A stretch of 64,000 nucleotides of DNA from an uncultured virus (IMG/VR IMGVR_UViG_3300021964_000020). Lineage: Duplodnaviria > Heunggongvirae > Uroviricota > Caudoviricetes. Both the position numbers and the translations under genes were made by a program. The DNA is taken from IMG/VR virus record IMGVR_UViG_3300021964_000020; one strand, 5' to 3'. Positions within the stretch are counted from its first letter, which is position 1. Each line of letters opens with the position of its first letter. The notes beneath the pieces were generated by a model. The model did not search any database and had not been told where the DNA came from. It was given only the letters and a program-made list of their open reading frames with translations. Positions 11,901 to 18,757 of this stretch are shown here, piece after piece.

Positions 11901-12061
11901 GTGATTATTACTTCTTCGATTGACGGACCTCCTGACCCTGATTTGGCCAAGAATATTTTCCCGTCGGTTGTGTTCATTGATAACTCACCAAGTTGTAATT
12001 GGGAGTTATTTGGAACTCTACCGGATACAGCGCTTCTACGCAGTTTAACTGTCTGTCCCAT
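2984..12061 (-). CDS. Giant tail fibre with C-terminal intramolecular chaperone (peptidase S74) domain
   Basis: 3025 aa; N-terminal KLRRSAVSGRVP..LQLGELSMNTTDGKIF fibre anchor; RLDSLE coiled-coil repeats; ten GWGDH repeats; knob-like segments; C-terminal SSDERLKDNVKPI..GYEFDW..IGVIAQEVEKILPEVV..AVRYEKL. Confidence 0.92.
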   Translation of the reverse strand: MGQTVKLRRSAVSGRVPNNSQLQLGELSMNTTDGKIFLAKSGSGGPSIEEVIITNTQNTGSLDIVGSISGSFLTGSFIGDGSGLYNIPASGVTGLSLDKISSGASTASIDANGLQINVNTSITGSLTATEFTGSGLGLRNVPINVSGSDENSITYDGQFTQFLFDDSTGIKVSGDTSTGTAKIYLDGVAAENEGGIGVTAKLEVTGATSTWTFDHGLGEQYPAITVFDSDGYVIIPQNIEAVSSTQLVITFSSPQTGVATATIGGGLPAISSSYGGRLLTVNSDGTFAEWKESIYLQTGSFETYTSSVNDRFNSIESFTSSIDETYATDEDVTDLRNDLNLYTSSTDDRLDSLETTSGSHDGRLDSLETTTGSLDGRLDTIETTFSTSVNQRLFNVESSTEDNADNFMSYTSSTDDRLDSLETTSGSHNTRIGNLETFETKVDNGLEFTGSNVTIKGNLLVKGTETRVDSTTVDLSDNIISLNGSGASNAGIEVRDTTSPGLLSGSLIWDSTNNYWLGGTKSNEERLLTNTDLTNLDGRLDSLETDSGSIRSDFNSYTSSNDNNINGIDGRLGSLETTSGSHDGRLDSLESFTSSIDDTYATDQDITDLRGDFNTYTSSNDTTNTTQNSRLTSLESATGSYTTTDYYTTGATFNQINGVVTGTRNDGGTWTVDLDGRYLTGYTESDPIFSASPSANIADSDIENWNTAYGWGDHAQSGYLTSYNNEYTTGATFNQINGVVTFTRNDGDTFTVDLDGRYLTGYTETDPIFSASPSANIVDSDIENWNLAHGWGDHSQVGYLTSHPNVVAATSSNNSGRTYIQDILLDSNGHVTGLTTSTETVVNTDEYTTGVTWNGTTAVLTFTRNDGDTYSVTMLETLSDVTVTGGTYNSGTQTLRLTKSDGSTVDVSGFAVDTDTNWYTTGATFNNANGILTIVGKGMSDVTVDLDGRYLTSYNDEYTTGATFNQLNGVVTFTRNDGDTFTVDLDGRYLTGYTETDPIFSASPSANIADSDIENWNLAHGWGDHSQAGYLTSYNNEYVTGATFNQLNGVVTFTRNDGDTFTVDLDGRYLQSFTETDPIFSASPSANIADSDIENWNLAHGWGDHATQGYLTSYNNEYVTGASWNNSTAVLTFTRNDGDTFSVTLLDTLSDVTVTGGTYDSGTQTLELTKNDGSTISVSGFAIDTDINYYLTGSTFNTSDGVLTLKVKGSSDVTVDLDGRYLTGYTETDPIFSASPSANIADSDIENWNLAHGWGDHSQAGYLTSYNNEYTTGATFNTGNGIITFTRNDGDTFTVDIDGRFLTSYSETDTLNTVTSRGSTTSNSISVGDFQASHQSAQDATTKAEMLSMAVAKFKPHSTNSGTLAIAQVDNGNSVGLQYTNGAGTADWDMSLQPFGGNVGINKINPSGALHVYSGTSERFLISGDVHVQGSTDLNINGTSRRFSFTSGTGTIRTTTANELYLQTNSTTAITIDTNQNVTIGGELNIIKNNVGISTGYATVAIEATDAQLDLTSSSDGTWGSSINLVEGTDTTANTDVWSIARKTTNGAGDSSLNFNFGTANQHDNTARVIFTKDGAGTFTGNISANNLSGTNTGDQDLSGYLLNTTDTFTGNLTFNGGNNTSKESFINVKRGNGAGLWLKFQTDSTSANDVSQFVIRRSTDNVDILSITAGSGNLSVPGTLSASGYNDSNWDTAYGWGDHSTQNYLKGSNSSGTYEGTVTDWNSPTVTGFYSDDGATNRWSGQANWTSIMHVKLYDDNNNYATQIGFNTYDDGLYTRTNVGGTWTSWKQIYHSGVFTNNSSNWDTAYGWGDHSQAGYLTTYNNEYVTGASWNSSTAVLTFTRNDGDTFNVNLLNTLSDVTVTGGTYNSGNQTLTLTKSDGNTVSVSGFAIDTDVNYYTTGATFNTGNGIITGTRNDGGTWTVDIDNRYLQLDGGVLTGNIGRSAHNNGFLVGGYNNVGVSASATNPIFTIGTSYLPAVTTLGNMYGIGYTRADASFMGIASGSGWGMYVAADGDARIWLDGSSGNIVASGTLSASGYNDSNWNTAYGWGDHSQAGYLTTYNNEYTTGATFNTGNGIITFTRNDGDTYSVDIDGRYSLSSHTHSSFGDMVTFETARTLNEDWENSPISVLERDSIGNGDTSDTYSPNINFHWRSRVSRSIWMDYTGDFHFGEYTAQGVPGNTGAIYVGGGNSDQWNTAYGWGDHAGLYAAASHNHDSRYYTETEIDTQNTTLNETLAHLRGWVPGYSNSDDGSVRWNRTEDALELQSSSDTATGAVYKARRVEAGETIRFTVMVKGSSAGTAGLYLRIYQHDGNLPDGKTHVSNDAGGVYVQEDDRGDTGWYENDAIATTWITHVREYTAPVDGYVSLVVLNWTSIGNGSVYLKTPDIQTTQSPNSNKLDGLDSSQFLRSDAADSLTATITMSTQKAFVASNYGHGVYGTYDASKYQHVWSMGTSYNLPADGDSSGNGGNLYGLAWSYNPDYGYVGSNTQSKNGLNHQLLLMMNGVTHTALGSGIWTDGTIITTSHGDSSQWNTAYGWGDHGAEGYWTSHADTSTLSGQYGGANNGVVIEDITVDSNGHVTAVGTRDLDGRFLGISATAADSDKLDAYQLAGSTSVSTVIFNNKGQIHDTNQDFNTVMTPGPNYMRKGINGPTGVENDQWYGLMLGLGSDYGTSTGSSGHYGNQLYWGRQSQGDNTYLWARDMEGGSWGSWRKMSAGYADSAGSATSAGNADTLDGQHGSYYTNAGNLTGTIGDVFSASTRYNIGFIDGSSSQSRDKLRVWADGSYSIGMKNGYDFGHLGSGEYAMSFQMDTTPGRGWWWGTSTQTDDQGVMALTNDGRLNVSTSISIGEGKSTTSPSTTPLYVEGTTSGSTVFEVQGTQGQLFSITDDLSGDLFEVSDISGIPILTVNASGTVTIDDTLHVTGDVIAYYSSDERLKDNVKPIENAIDKIRMISGYEFDWNSSSKNEGHDIGVIAQEVEKILPEVVTTRSNGYKAVRYEKLTALLIQSNKELIEKVEELEKKLNNK
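4440..10140 (-). repeat. Internal repeats of the tail-fibre gene
   Basis: Recurring W(N/D)xA(Y/H)GWGDH (10x), DPIFSASPSANIxDSDIENW (5x) and TGATFN..TFTRNDGDTFTVDLDGRY units, also similar at DNA level. Confidence 0.9.
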
Positions 12062-12124
12062 ATATATGGATCTCTATTCTATGTGTAGTGGTATTTACCA
12101 CAATTATTATGACCTATATAGGTC
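12058..12124 (-). promoter_or_regulatory. Three short hairpins in the tail-fibre 5' leader; the last contains the start codon
   Basis: GACC-TATATA-GGTC (12111-12124), GTGG-TAAATA-CCAC (12088-12101), CCA-TATATA-TGG (12058-12069). Confidence 0.6.
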
Positions 12125-12156
12125 TTATATATAAATACTCCTTAATATCATTATAT

Positions 12157-12189
12157 AAAAAAAATCCCAAGATTTCTCAAGGGATTTTT
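12157..12189 (-). terminator. Intrinsic terminator, possibly bidirectional
   Basis: AAAAATCCC...GGGATTTTT stem with a U8 tract on the minus strand, downstream of the 666-aa gene. Confidence 0.75.
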
Positions 12190-12212
12190 CAAACAAATTG
12201 TATTGTATTTTA

Positions 12213-14213
12213 TTAGTACGTACCTCCGTCAATTACCGTGGAGAAACTTAGTGTACCATCCGATGATTTATAACCTAAAATACCGTCTAAAACATCAGTT
12301 CCGTTAGTAGTCGTAACAAAACCAACTTCACTATTTGAGTTCTTGAATGCCACCCATGAGGTTCTTGTTCCGTTATCGAGACCACCACCCGCTGAAAGAG
12401 TAAGGTTACCTGCGATAGTGGTTGCACCATCATCAGTTGCCACTGTGAATTTATTTGTGTTGTATGATAAAACAGATCCATCATCAGTTAATAATGAGTC
12501 TTGGATTGTATTGTCAGCACTTGCCACAGGAATGGTATTAACAGTTAAACTACTTTCAGATCCGTATGTACCCGCACTTGTACCAACCAATTTACTTGAT
12601 TGTCCTGAAGATGATACGAACATCCAATAATCTTCTTGTGAATCCCATACTAAAGATGCCGATACACCCGAAGATCCTGAGTCCATTACTTCGAAACCTG
12701 CATATCTCTCAAACGGTGAGTATGCATTTAATCTAATGATATTATCGTCAATCTCAACTGTTTGTGATTGGATCGTCACATTAGTTGCTGAACCTAACAC
12801 TTCTAAGTTACCCGATACGTATAAGTTCGATTGTAAATTAGTATTTCCTGTTACAGTTAATTCTCCATGAACATCGGTATTACCTTGTAAGTCAGAATCA
12901 CCCGTTACTGTTAGAGTATCGTCGATAGTTGTTGCACCACTAATAGATGTTGTTCCTGTTATTGATGCATTACCCTCAACATTCAAATTAGTTTCGATCG
13001 TTGCAGAACCTGTTACAATAACATTACCTGCAACACCCAAGTTACCTTTTAATTCTGAATCTGATCCTACAATTAAGTTAGAACCTACATTGACATTATC
13101 ACCAACTCTCGAAGATGCAACTGTTAATTGGTTGTTGGCCCCGTCGTATGTAAATTCCGCATCATCTTGTAATGAATCACCATCCAATGCGAATGGTACT
13201 CTATTTGCGGTTAATGGTGTCCCATTATTATCAAGTAATGTGTCACCTAAAATTCTTTGATCTAAATTATCTTTTACTAATTTATTGTTACCATCTAAAC
13301 CGATAAAAATTGAAGTGTCTCCATCAGGAATATTCGCCAATTCGATATCACCTGAGTTAACTGTAACAATATCTGCAGATGCATCACCAATGGTTACTTG
13401 TCCTTTAAGGTCAGTAGTACCTGAAACAGTTAAGTCACCCGGTAGTGCTAAACTATTAACAGATATAGACCCTTCAAGATTCAAGTCTTGGATATTCGCA
13501 GTTCCACTAACATATAAGTCTCTCCAAGACTGTGATGATGAACCTAAGTCGAATGCATTATCAACATCAGGTATAATAGAAGATGAAACGTCAGCACCGA
13601 ATTTAACAAAATCCGTAGTTGCATCACCCACTGTAATATTACCACCAAGATTAATGTTACCCGCAATATCAGCATCACCACTTAATCTTAAGTTAGAACC
13701 TGTGATATCACCCGTTACGTCGATATCACCACCCACTTCTGTATTTCCGGTCACACCTAAGGTACCACCAATAGTTTGGTTACCTGTCACAGTCACTGTT
13801 CCACCCGTAATATTGGTGTAGTCGGCATTTGTACCGTCAACATTTGTGATTGTTACATTCGTTATGGTATTACCCTCAATATTACCTGTCAAATCAAGTC
13901 TTTCATTCCCTACACCATCGTTGTTAAGAATATATAATGACTCATTTGAAGATGCATAGAAAGGTGTACCGTCTAATATTGATCCGTATGTACCAGCAGC
14001 AATTGACGGTGCATTTGTACCCGTATAGACTTTTGATGTTGGTTTAAATGCCCCCGCAACCCCCTCATCTGTCGATGCGGGTGAACCAATGAATACGAAA
14101 GGTCCTGATAAGTCAGAAATAGAACCCGAAGCAATGAGTAATTCACCGTTTCTTGTGGTTGTTGCTTTAACATCACCAATGGAACCTCTCCTGTGTTTAA
14201 TAATTTGAGCCAT
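12213..14213 (-). CDS. Tail fibre/spike-like beta-helical protein
   Basis: N-terminal IKHRRGS..GELL anchor; repeated L(T/G)V(T/S)G beta-solenoid motif; DDNIIRLN module shared with neighbours; ends IDGGTY. Confidence 0.75.
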   Translation of the reverse strand: MAQIIKHRRGSIGDVKATTTRNGELLIASGSISDLSGPFVFIGSPASTDEGVAGAFKPTSKVYTGTNAPSIAAGTYGSILDGTPFYASSNESLYILNNDGVGNERLDLTGNIEGNTITNVTITNVDGTNADYTNITGGTVTVTGNQTIGGTLGVTGNTEVGGDIDVTGDITGSNLRLSGDADIAGNINLGGNITVGDATTDFVKFGADVSSSIIPDVDNAFDLGSSSQSWRDLYVSGTANIQDLNLEGSISVNSLALPGDLTVSGTTDLKGQVTIGDASADIVTVNSGDIELANIPDGDTSIFIGLDGNNKLVKDNLDQRILGDTLLDNNGTPLTANRVPFALDGDSLQDDAEFTYDGANNQLTVASSRVGDNVNVGSNLIVGSDSELKGNLGVAGNVIVTGSATIETNLNVEGNASITGTTSISGATTIDDTLTVTGDSDLQGNTDVHGELTVTGNTNLQSNLYVSGNLEVLGSATNVTIQSQTVEIDDNIIRLNAYSPFERYAGFEVMDSGSSGVSASLVWDSQEDYWMFVSSSGQSSKLVGTSAGTYGSESSLTVNTIPVASADNTIQDSLLTDDGSVLSYNTNKFTVATDDGATTIAGNLTLSAGGGLDNGTRTSWVAFKNSNSEVGFVTTTNGTDVLDGILGYKSSDGTLSFSTVIDGGTY

Positions 14214-14263
14214 CTTCTTTTTAAGTTGTTTTTATGTTTAGTTTATTATAAATATTTGATTTA

Positions 14264-14998
14264 TTAGAAACCACCAAGGTCCATGATAGAATTATTTAAT
14301 CTATCACCTATTGAACCGAGATTTTCTATGGTTAATGACGCCTGTCTTATTTGTGCATCCAATTCATTCTTAAGGATGCTCATCGCCCCCGATATAACTA
14401 ATGAATCTTGATTAATATCTTGTGAAACCATGGTGGTTTGTCCTTCCACCCTAAGGTCCCCCTTAATTACTACGGAACCGGTTACCTGTAAATCACTATT
14501 AGCGGACCAAAAAGAACCCGAATCACCCCATATTAAGTGGTCTTTTCTTGCAATCGCAACTTCACCCCCTTGGGGACCTGCAATCCACTCGTCGTTGGTT
14601 GTATCCCACAATAGAGATCCCGACACCAAGTTTGGTTGTGTTGGGTCCTTTATTAATAAACCACCAAACGACTCTTCGGACCCATTAAGTTCTATTATAT
14701 TATCATCTAAAGTGACTGTTTCAGATTTAATCGAGGTAAATGTCCCCAAAACATTTAAATCTCCCTTAACAGTCATGTTTGATCCCGTAAATTCTAATGA
14801 TTGGGATACTGACGATGTAAATTGTTCTAAAGCAAAAAGGTTATCACCGATATAACTACTCAATTCTTGTCCATTGAGTACTATATTTTCAGTGTAGATG
14901 TTGGAAATCGATGCGGTGGGGTTACCGAGGTTGACCGTTTGTCCTGAGGTGATATCCTCCGTTGCGATCTGTTCCCAATATATTTGTTGTAATGCCAT
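14264..14998 (-). CDS. Tail fibre-related protein
   Basis: Shares the LEFTGSN(M/V)T(V/I)KG..DNII.LNGS..SGSL.WD module with the 3025-aa fibre; ends MDLGGF. Confidence 0.7.
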   Translation of the reverse strand: MALQQIYWEQIATEDITSGQTVNLGNPTASISNIYTENIVLNGQELSSYIGDNLFALEQFTSSVSQSLEFTGSNMTVKGDLNVLGTFTSIKSETVTLDDNIIELNGSEESFGGLLIKDPTQPNLVSGSLLWDTTNDEWIAGPQGGEVAIARKDHLIWGDSGSFWSANSDLQVTGSVVIKGDLRVEGQTTMVSQDINQDSLVISGAMSILKNELDAQIRQASLTIENLGSIGDRLNNSIMDLGGF

Positions 14999-15075
14999 CT
15001 AAAAAGTACTTTAACTATAAATACCTTACAAATGGATCTTTATATAAAAAAGAGATAACTTTTTTGATATCCCCT

Positions 15076-15351
15076 TTATTTTTTCAAATTATCTAAAATT
15101 TTTTTGATTAAATCGTCCTGATCGAAGACATTCACATCAGGCATAAACACCATTCCTTGTGGTGTATCGGGTTCTCTTATGAAAACTGTAGGTAAGGAGT
15201 CATCTTTTAATTCGTTTGTAATTTGACCCCATAAAATAGGATTATCATCGACATCATACTCCTCAAATAAAATGTCCATACTTGAAAGTCGTTTCTTTAG
15301 ACTCTCACAGTATGGACACCCTTTCATTGTGAACACACAAACGGTATTCAT
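15076..15351 (-). CDS. Glutaredoxin
   Basis: CPYC active site; LPTVFI cis-Pro motif; 91 aa. Confidence 0.88.
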   Translation of the reverse strand: MNTVCVFTMKGCPYCESLKKRLSSMDILFEEYDVDDNPILWGQITNELKDDSLPTVFIREPDTPQGMVFMPDVNVFDQDDLIKKILDNLKK

Positions 15352-15656
15352 TATAAACTCTCTAATATTGTAGTATAACTTTGATCAGGTTGTGCTCCCG
15401 TAATTCTACTTACTTCGGTTTCCCCGTCAAAAATAATAACCGTAGGTACACTCCTAATACCTAAACCCTGCGCATATTGACCCTCTTCATCAACATTAAC
15501 CTTAACGAATTCGATGTTTTCATATTGACCATCTAATTTTTCGAGTCTTGGGATTAATGACCTACATGGTCCACACCATGGTGCCCAAAGATCTAATAAT
15601 ACTTTCTTACCTTCTTTCTGTAGTGATACGACCTCCGCCGCTGATACGTTTTCCAT
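15351..15656 (-). CDS. trxA: Thioredoxin
   Basis: WAPWCGPC active site; KVNVDE; GIRSVPT. Confidence 0.93.
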   Translation of the reverse strand: MENVSAAEVVSLQKEGKKVLLDLWAPWCGPCRSLIPRLEKLDGQYENIEFVKVNVDEEGQYAQGLGIRSVPTVIIFDGETEVSRITGAQPDQSYTTILESL

Positions 15657-15658
15657 AA

Positions 15659-16747
15659 TTAATTAAAACCTATTTTATTTTTTCCATTTATTGATTTATA
15701 AATATCAACATCAATATTATATAAATCAGATAAGACCATTTCCTCATCAATAGTCACCTCCTTACCCAATGATTTAAGAAGTTTGTTGCCCGTTTCTACA
15801 GATAATTTATTGAATTTATACTCGGCAATTAACCTACCCTTACGTAGAAACGCTTCATCAATATTTTCCCTTTTTGTATTGAACGTTGCTATGATTTGAA
15901 TATTAAGACAATCCCCTAAAATACCATCAGTTAAATTAAGTAGGTTTGAGGTACTTTGTGAGACCCCGTTAGATGATTCTCTCGACCCTAATACCTTTTC
16001 TGCATCCTCAATAATTAATACACTATTCTTATGATCCATTAAAAAGGGTATAATAGCAGGATCCGTTAATGATTCTGCCATCATGGGAGGGACAAAAATT
16101 ATTTTCTTATCCTTAATTTCTTTAGTTAAGTATTTTATGTAAGTGGTTTTACCTGTACCGGGTTCTCCATGTAACAAAACAATTCCCTTATCATTCTCAG
16201 TGTTTAATCTTTTAACGATAATGTCGTTAATCTCTTTAAAACCATCACCATAATTAGTTTCTAAGTCAACATTGGGTTGGTTTAGTTCATAATCTTCGAG
16301 ATCCCAATAACCACCACCATGTGATCTGATTAGTGAAATATTACTCTCGGTATTAGGACTAATAGAATTTTTTAAGAAAGATAAATCCAATTGAGTTTCA
16401 ATATCACCTTTGTCTATTGAGTAGTAAATGTTCAATGTCAGTTTATTGGTTTTATTATTCTTTTTGGTTTTAATAATAATCTCTTTGGTGTCGTGGGTAA
16501 GTAGTGATTCCTCAACCTGATCCTCACTGACCTCCTTTAGAACTCCAAGTCTAAACCTTACTCTTTGTAGTGTTGTGATTTTTTTAAATCCTATGTCTTT
16601 TAATTTTTGGAGAATACCCGCATCATAAGATGTCTTATCAACTCTTGATGATGGTAATTTTTCGAATTTTATGATGTATATCTGTTCTGCGGCCATCTCT
16701 TCCGAATAACCCGTTTCGAACAGTGAATAATGTTTTGGTATCTTCAT
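15659..16747 (-). CDS. AAA+ family ATPase
   Basis: Walker A GEPGTGKT; Walker B LIIEDAE; LLNLTDG; arginine-finger region AFLRKGRL. Confidence 0.9.
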   Translation of the reverse strand: MKIPKHYSLFETGYSEEMAAEQIYIIKFEKLPSSRVDKTSYDAGILQKLKDIGFKKITTLQRVRFRLGVLKEVSEDQVEESLLTHDTKEIIIKTKKNNKTNKLTLNIYYSIDKGDIETQLDLSFLKNSISPNTESNISLIRSHGGGYWDLEDYELNQPNVDLETNYGDGFKEINDIIVKRLNTENDKGIVLLHGEPGTGKTTYIKYLTKEIKDKKIIFVPPMMAESLTDPAIIPFLMDHKNSVLIIEDAEKVLGSRESSNGVSQSTSNLLNLTDGILGDCLNIQIIATFNTKRENIDEAFLRKGRLIAEYKFNKLSVETGNKLLKSLGKEVTIDEEMVLSDLYNIDVDIYKSINGKNKIGFN

Positions 16748-17037
16748 TTAGTTATAATACGTTCAAGTCCTCTGTTATCAATGAATATCTTTGGTTCATA
16801 ATAACTATCATCCCGACTTGCAATGTGATCTATCTGTAACGTTTTTTTTACGATCTCAAATTGCTCCATAGTTAATGTTGGGTCGTTCTTTTCGTGGTAA
16901 TTTTTTATTGCAACTTCATTAACCAAATCAAAAAATTTGTTTTCATCCATGTCACCGATAAAGTGTTCATACGCTTCTCTATTGGTGTTAAGGTATTTCC
17001 TCAATTTACCTATATAGACTAAAACTTCCGCCTCCAT
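16744..17037 (-). CDS. Hypothetical protein
   Basis: 97-aa ORF coupled to both neighbours. Confidence 0.7.
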   Translation of the reverse strand: MEAEVLVYIGKLRKYLNTNREAYEHFIGDMDENKFFDLVNEVAIKNYHEKNDPTLTMEQFEIVKKTLQIDHIASRDDSYYEPKIFIDNRGLERIITK

Positions 17038-17558
17038 TAGACTTTCTGTATTTGTTCGATTGTTAATGAAACTTTAGTAGGTCTACCGAAAACTTTTACA
17101 TCCACATCTACTTTATCCCCCTCGACATTTCTCACCTCACCTTCGAATGTGTTGAATGGTCCATCAATGACTTTAACCACTTCACCAACACGATATTCGA
17201 TTCTACTTTTGACATCTTGACCTTTTTGACCTTCATTAAGGACTCTTTGAATTTCCCTATCACGTAATCTTACGGGTCTTTTATCGCCGAGAACCTTCAT
17301 AATATCGGGTAGGTATGATAGATTTTTCAACTCGTCCTGATCTAATTCGTGTTCTGCCTCAAAGTATAGGTAACCTGTATAGATCACTCTTTCCCTGATG
17401 ACTCTTTTATTCTTAATCATTTTGTATTGTTTCTCCAACGGACATACAAAACGTTTGATACCCTTTATGTCACCCAATTCAATTTCAGTATTGAATTGTT
17501 CCATAAGTTGTCTCTCTTTACCCGGTAGTACCTTTACTAAATACCAATAGGTTGCCAT
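17037..17558 (-). CDS. nusG: Transcription termination/antitermination factor NusG
   Basis: NGN domain WYLVKVLPGKE..IYTGYLYFE; KOW domain VGEVVKVIDGPFNTFEGEV..VKVFGRPTKVSL. Confidence 0.92.
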   Translation of the reverse strand: MATYWYLVKVLPGKERQLMEQFNTEIELGDIKGIKRFVCPLEKQYKMIKNKRVIRERVIYTGYLYFEAEHELDQDELKNLSYLPDIMKVLGDKRPVRLRDREIQRVLNEGQKGQDVKSRIEYRVGEVVKVIDGPFNTFEGEVRNVEGDKVDVDVKVFGRPTKVSLTIEQIQKV

Positions 17559-17582
17559 AACTTATAATAATAGAAAAGTGAA

Positions 17583-18482
17583 TTACATCTCTTCAAACAA
17601 CGATAGTTGTTCTCCCACTCTATATTTTGGTGATCCGTAATTCATTATCAGAATTTCAGTACCCTCATTTTGAGTACCGTCCTTCTTCGCGGCGGCAGAC
17701 TTCTTGAAATTCTTGTTCTGCCAATTATAATTGAAGTAAGGGAACCATTCCCTTAATAGTGGAAAATCATAGTAGGAAAGACTAAATCTACCCTCGATAT
17801 TCTTTAGTGTGTCCGCCAATCTTTCATGGTCTGTTCTATCAAAATCGTGATTTGAATAGTAATTCTCAGTTTTCCAATATGGAGGGTCCGTATAAAAGTA
17901 GGATGTCGGTGAATCATATTTTTCAATGACTTGTTGGAAGTCGAGATTCTCCACAAACGTTATTTTATCGAAATGTTCTCTATATTTTTTGTTCTTCAAC
18001 TTATCCATAAATATCAGAACTTTACAACGGTACTTACCTTTATAATCCGTGTACTTAGAGGTTTCGGGTTTTGACCCTGAAAAAACTTGAGTTAAGACGA
18101 ATACATATTTGACCGCAGCGTCGAACTCCTTTCCGGGTTCTATTACAAAAGACGGATCGAATACCTCTTTTTGACACTTATTGAAGAACTCTTCACACTT
18201 CGGAGGCGTATTCTCAACATCTCTTTTTTGTATGTACTCGTCATACTTATCAAGTTCCTCATGTAAACGATCGTAATCTTTAGAACACTTCATAAGGTTA
18301 GTATTTAACCCATTAAAGTCATTGTAGACAACCGTCTTAAGATTTGGGTATTGTTCTAAGTCCATATTGAAGAATACCCAAAACATACCTGAAAAAGGTT
18401 CTACGTATGTTTCGATATCACTCGGGATAAATGGCACAATCCACTTACCTATCCTTGCCTTTCCTCCAATATAACTTATCAT
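17583..18482 (-). CDS. D12-class N6-adenine DNA methyltransferase
   Basis: YIGGK; YVEPFSG; YND; FYTDPPY catalytic motif; LSY; EILIMNY. Confidence 0.92.
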   Translation of the reverse strand: MISYIGGKARIGKWIVPFIPSDIETYVEPFSGMFWVFFNMDLEQYPNLKTVVYNDFNGLNTNLMKCSKDYDRLHEELDKYDEYIQKRDVENTPPKCEEFFNKCQKEVFDPSFVIEPGKEFDAAVKYVFVLTQVFSGSKPETSKYTDYKGKYRCKVLIFMDKLKNKKYREHFDKITFVENLDFQQVIEKYDSPTSYFYTDPPYWKTENYYSNHDFDRTDHERLADTLKNIEGRFSLSYYDFPLLREWFPYFNYNWQNKNFKKSAAAKKDGTQNEGTEILIMNYGSPKYRVGEQLSLFEEM

Positions 18483-18509
18483 GAATTACTTCGTTAACGT
18501 TCTTTATAA

Positions 18510-18538
18510 AATATACAGAAAAAGAACGAGGAAGTCAA
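18510..18538 (-). promoter_or_regulatory. Sigma-70-like promoter upstream of the methyltransferase-nusG operon
   Basis: TTGACT-N17-TATATT. Confidence 0.7.
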
Positions 18539-18604
18539 CCACCTATGGGATTATAAGGTCACATTTTCTATTTAAAAATCCACTTATAAAGTATATATTG
18601 TATT

Positions 18605-18757
18605 ATGGCTTGCAGTAAGTGTAAAAAGAAACAACAGAGGGAGGAAATACTGAAAGAGGTTGAGAAAACGGAAAGAGTCGTTAAAGTATTTGGTTTAATC
18701 ATTCTTGGTCTATCACTATATGGTGTATTTTCCTTGATTTACAACCTCGTTACGTGA
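18605..18757 (+). CDS. Small membrane protein with N-terminal CxxC (not in the ORF track)
   Basis: MACSKCKKKQQREEILKEVEKTERVVKVFGLIILGLSLYGVFSLIYNLVT; its TGA overlaps the next GTG start (GTGA). Confidence 0.7.
   Translation: MACSKCKKKQQREEILKEVEKTERVVKVFGLIILGLSLYGVFSLIYNLVT

Noticed and set aside
50..14998. Diversity-generating retroelement acting on fibre or lectin genes
   Set aside because: No reverse transcriptase in the window, and I saw no template/variable repeat pair differing only at adenines
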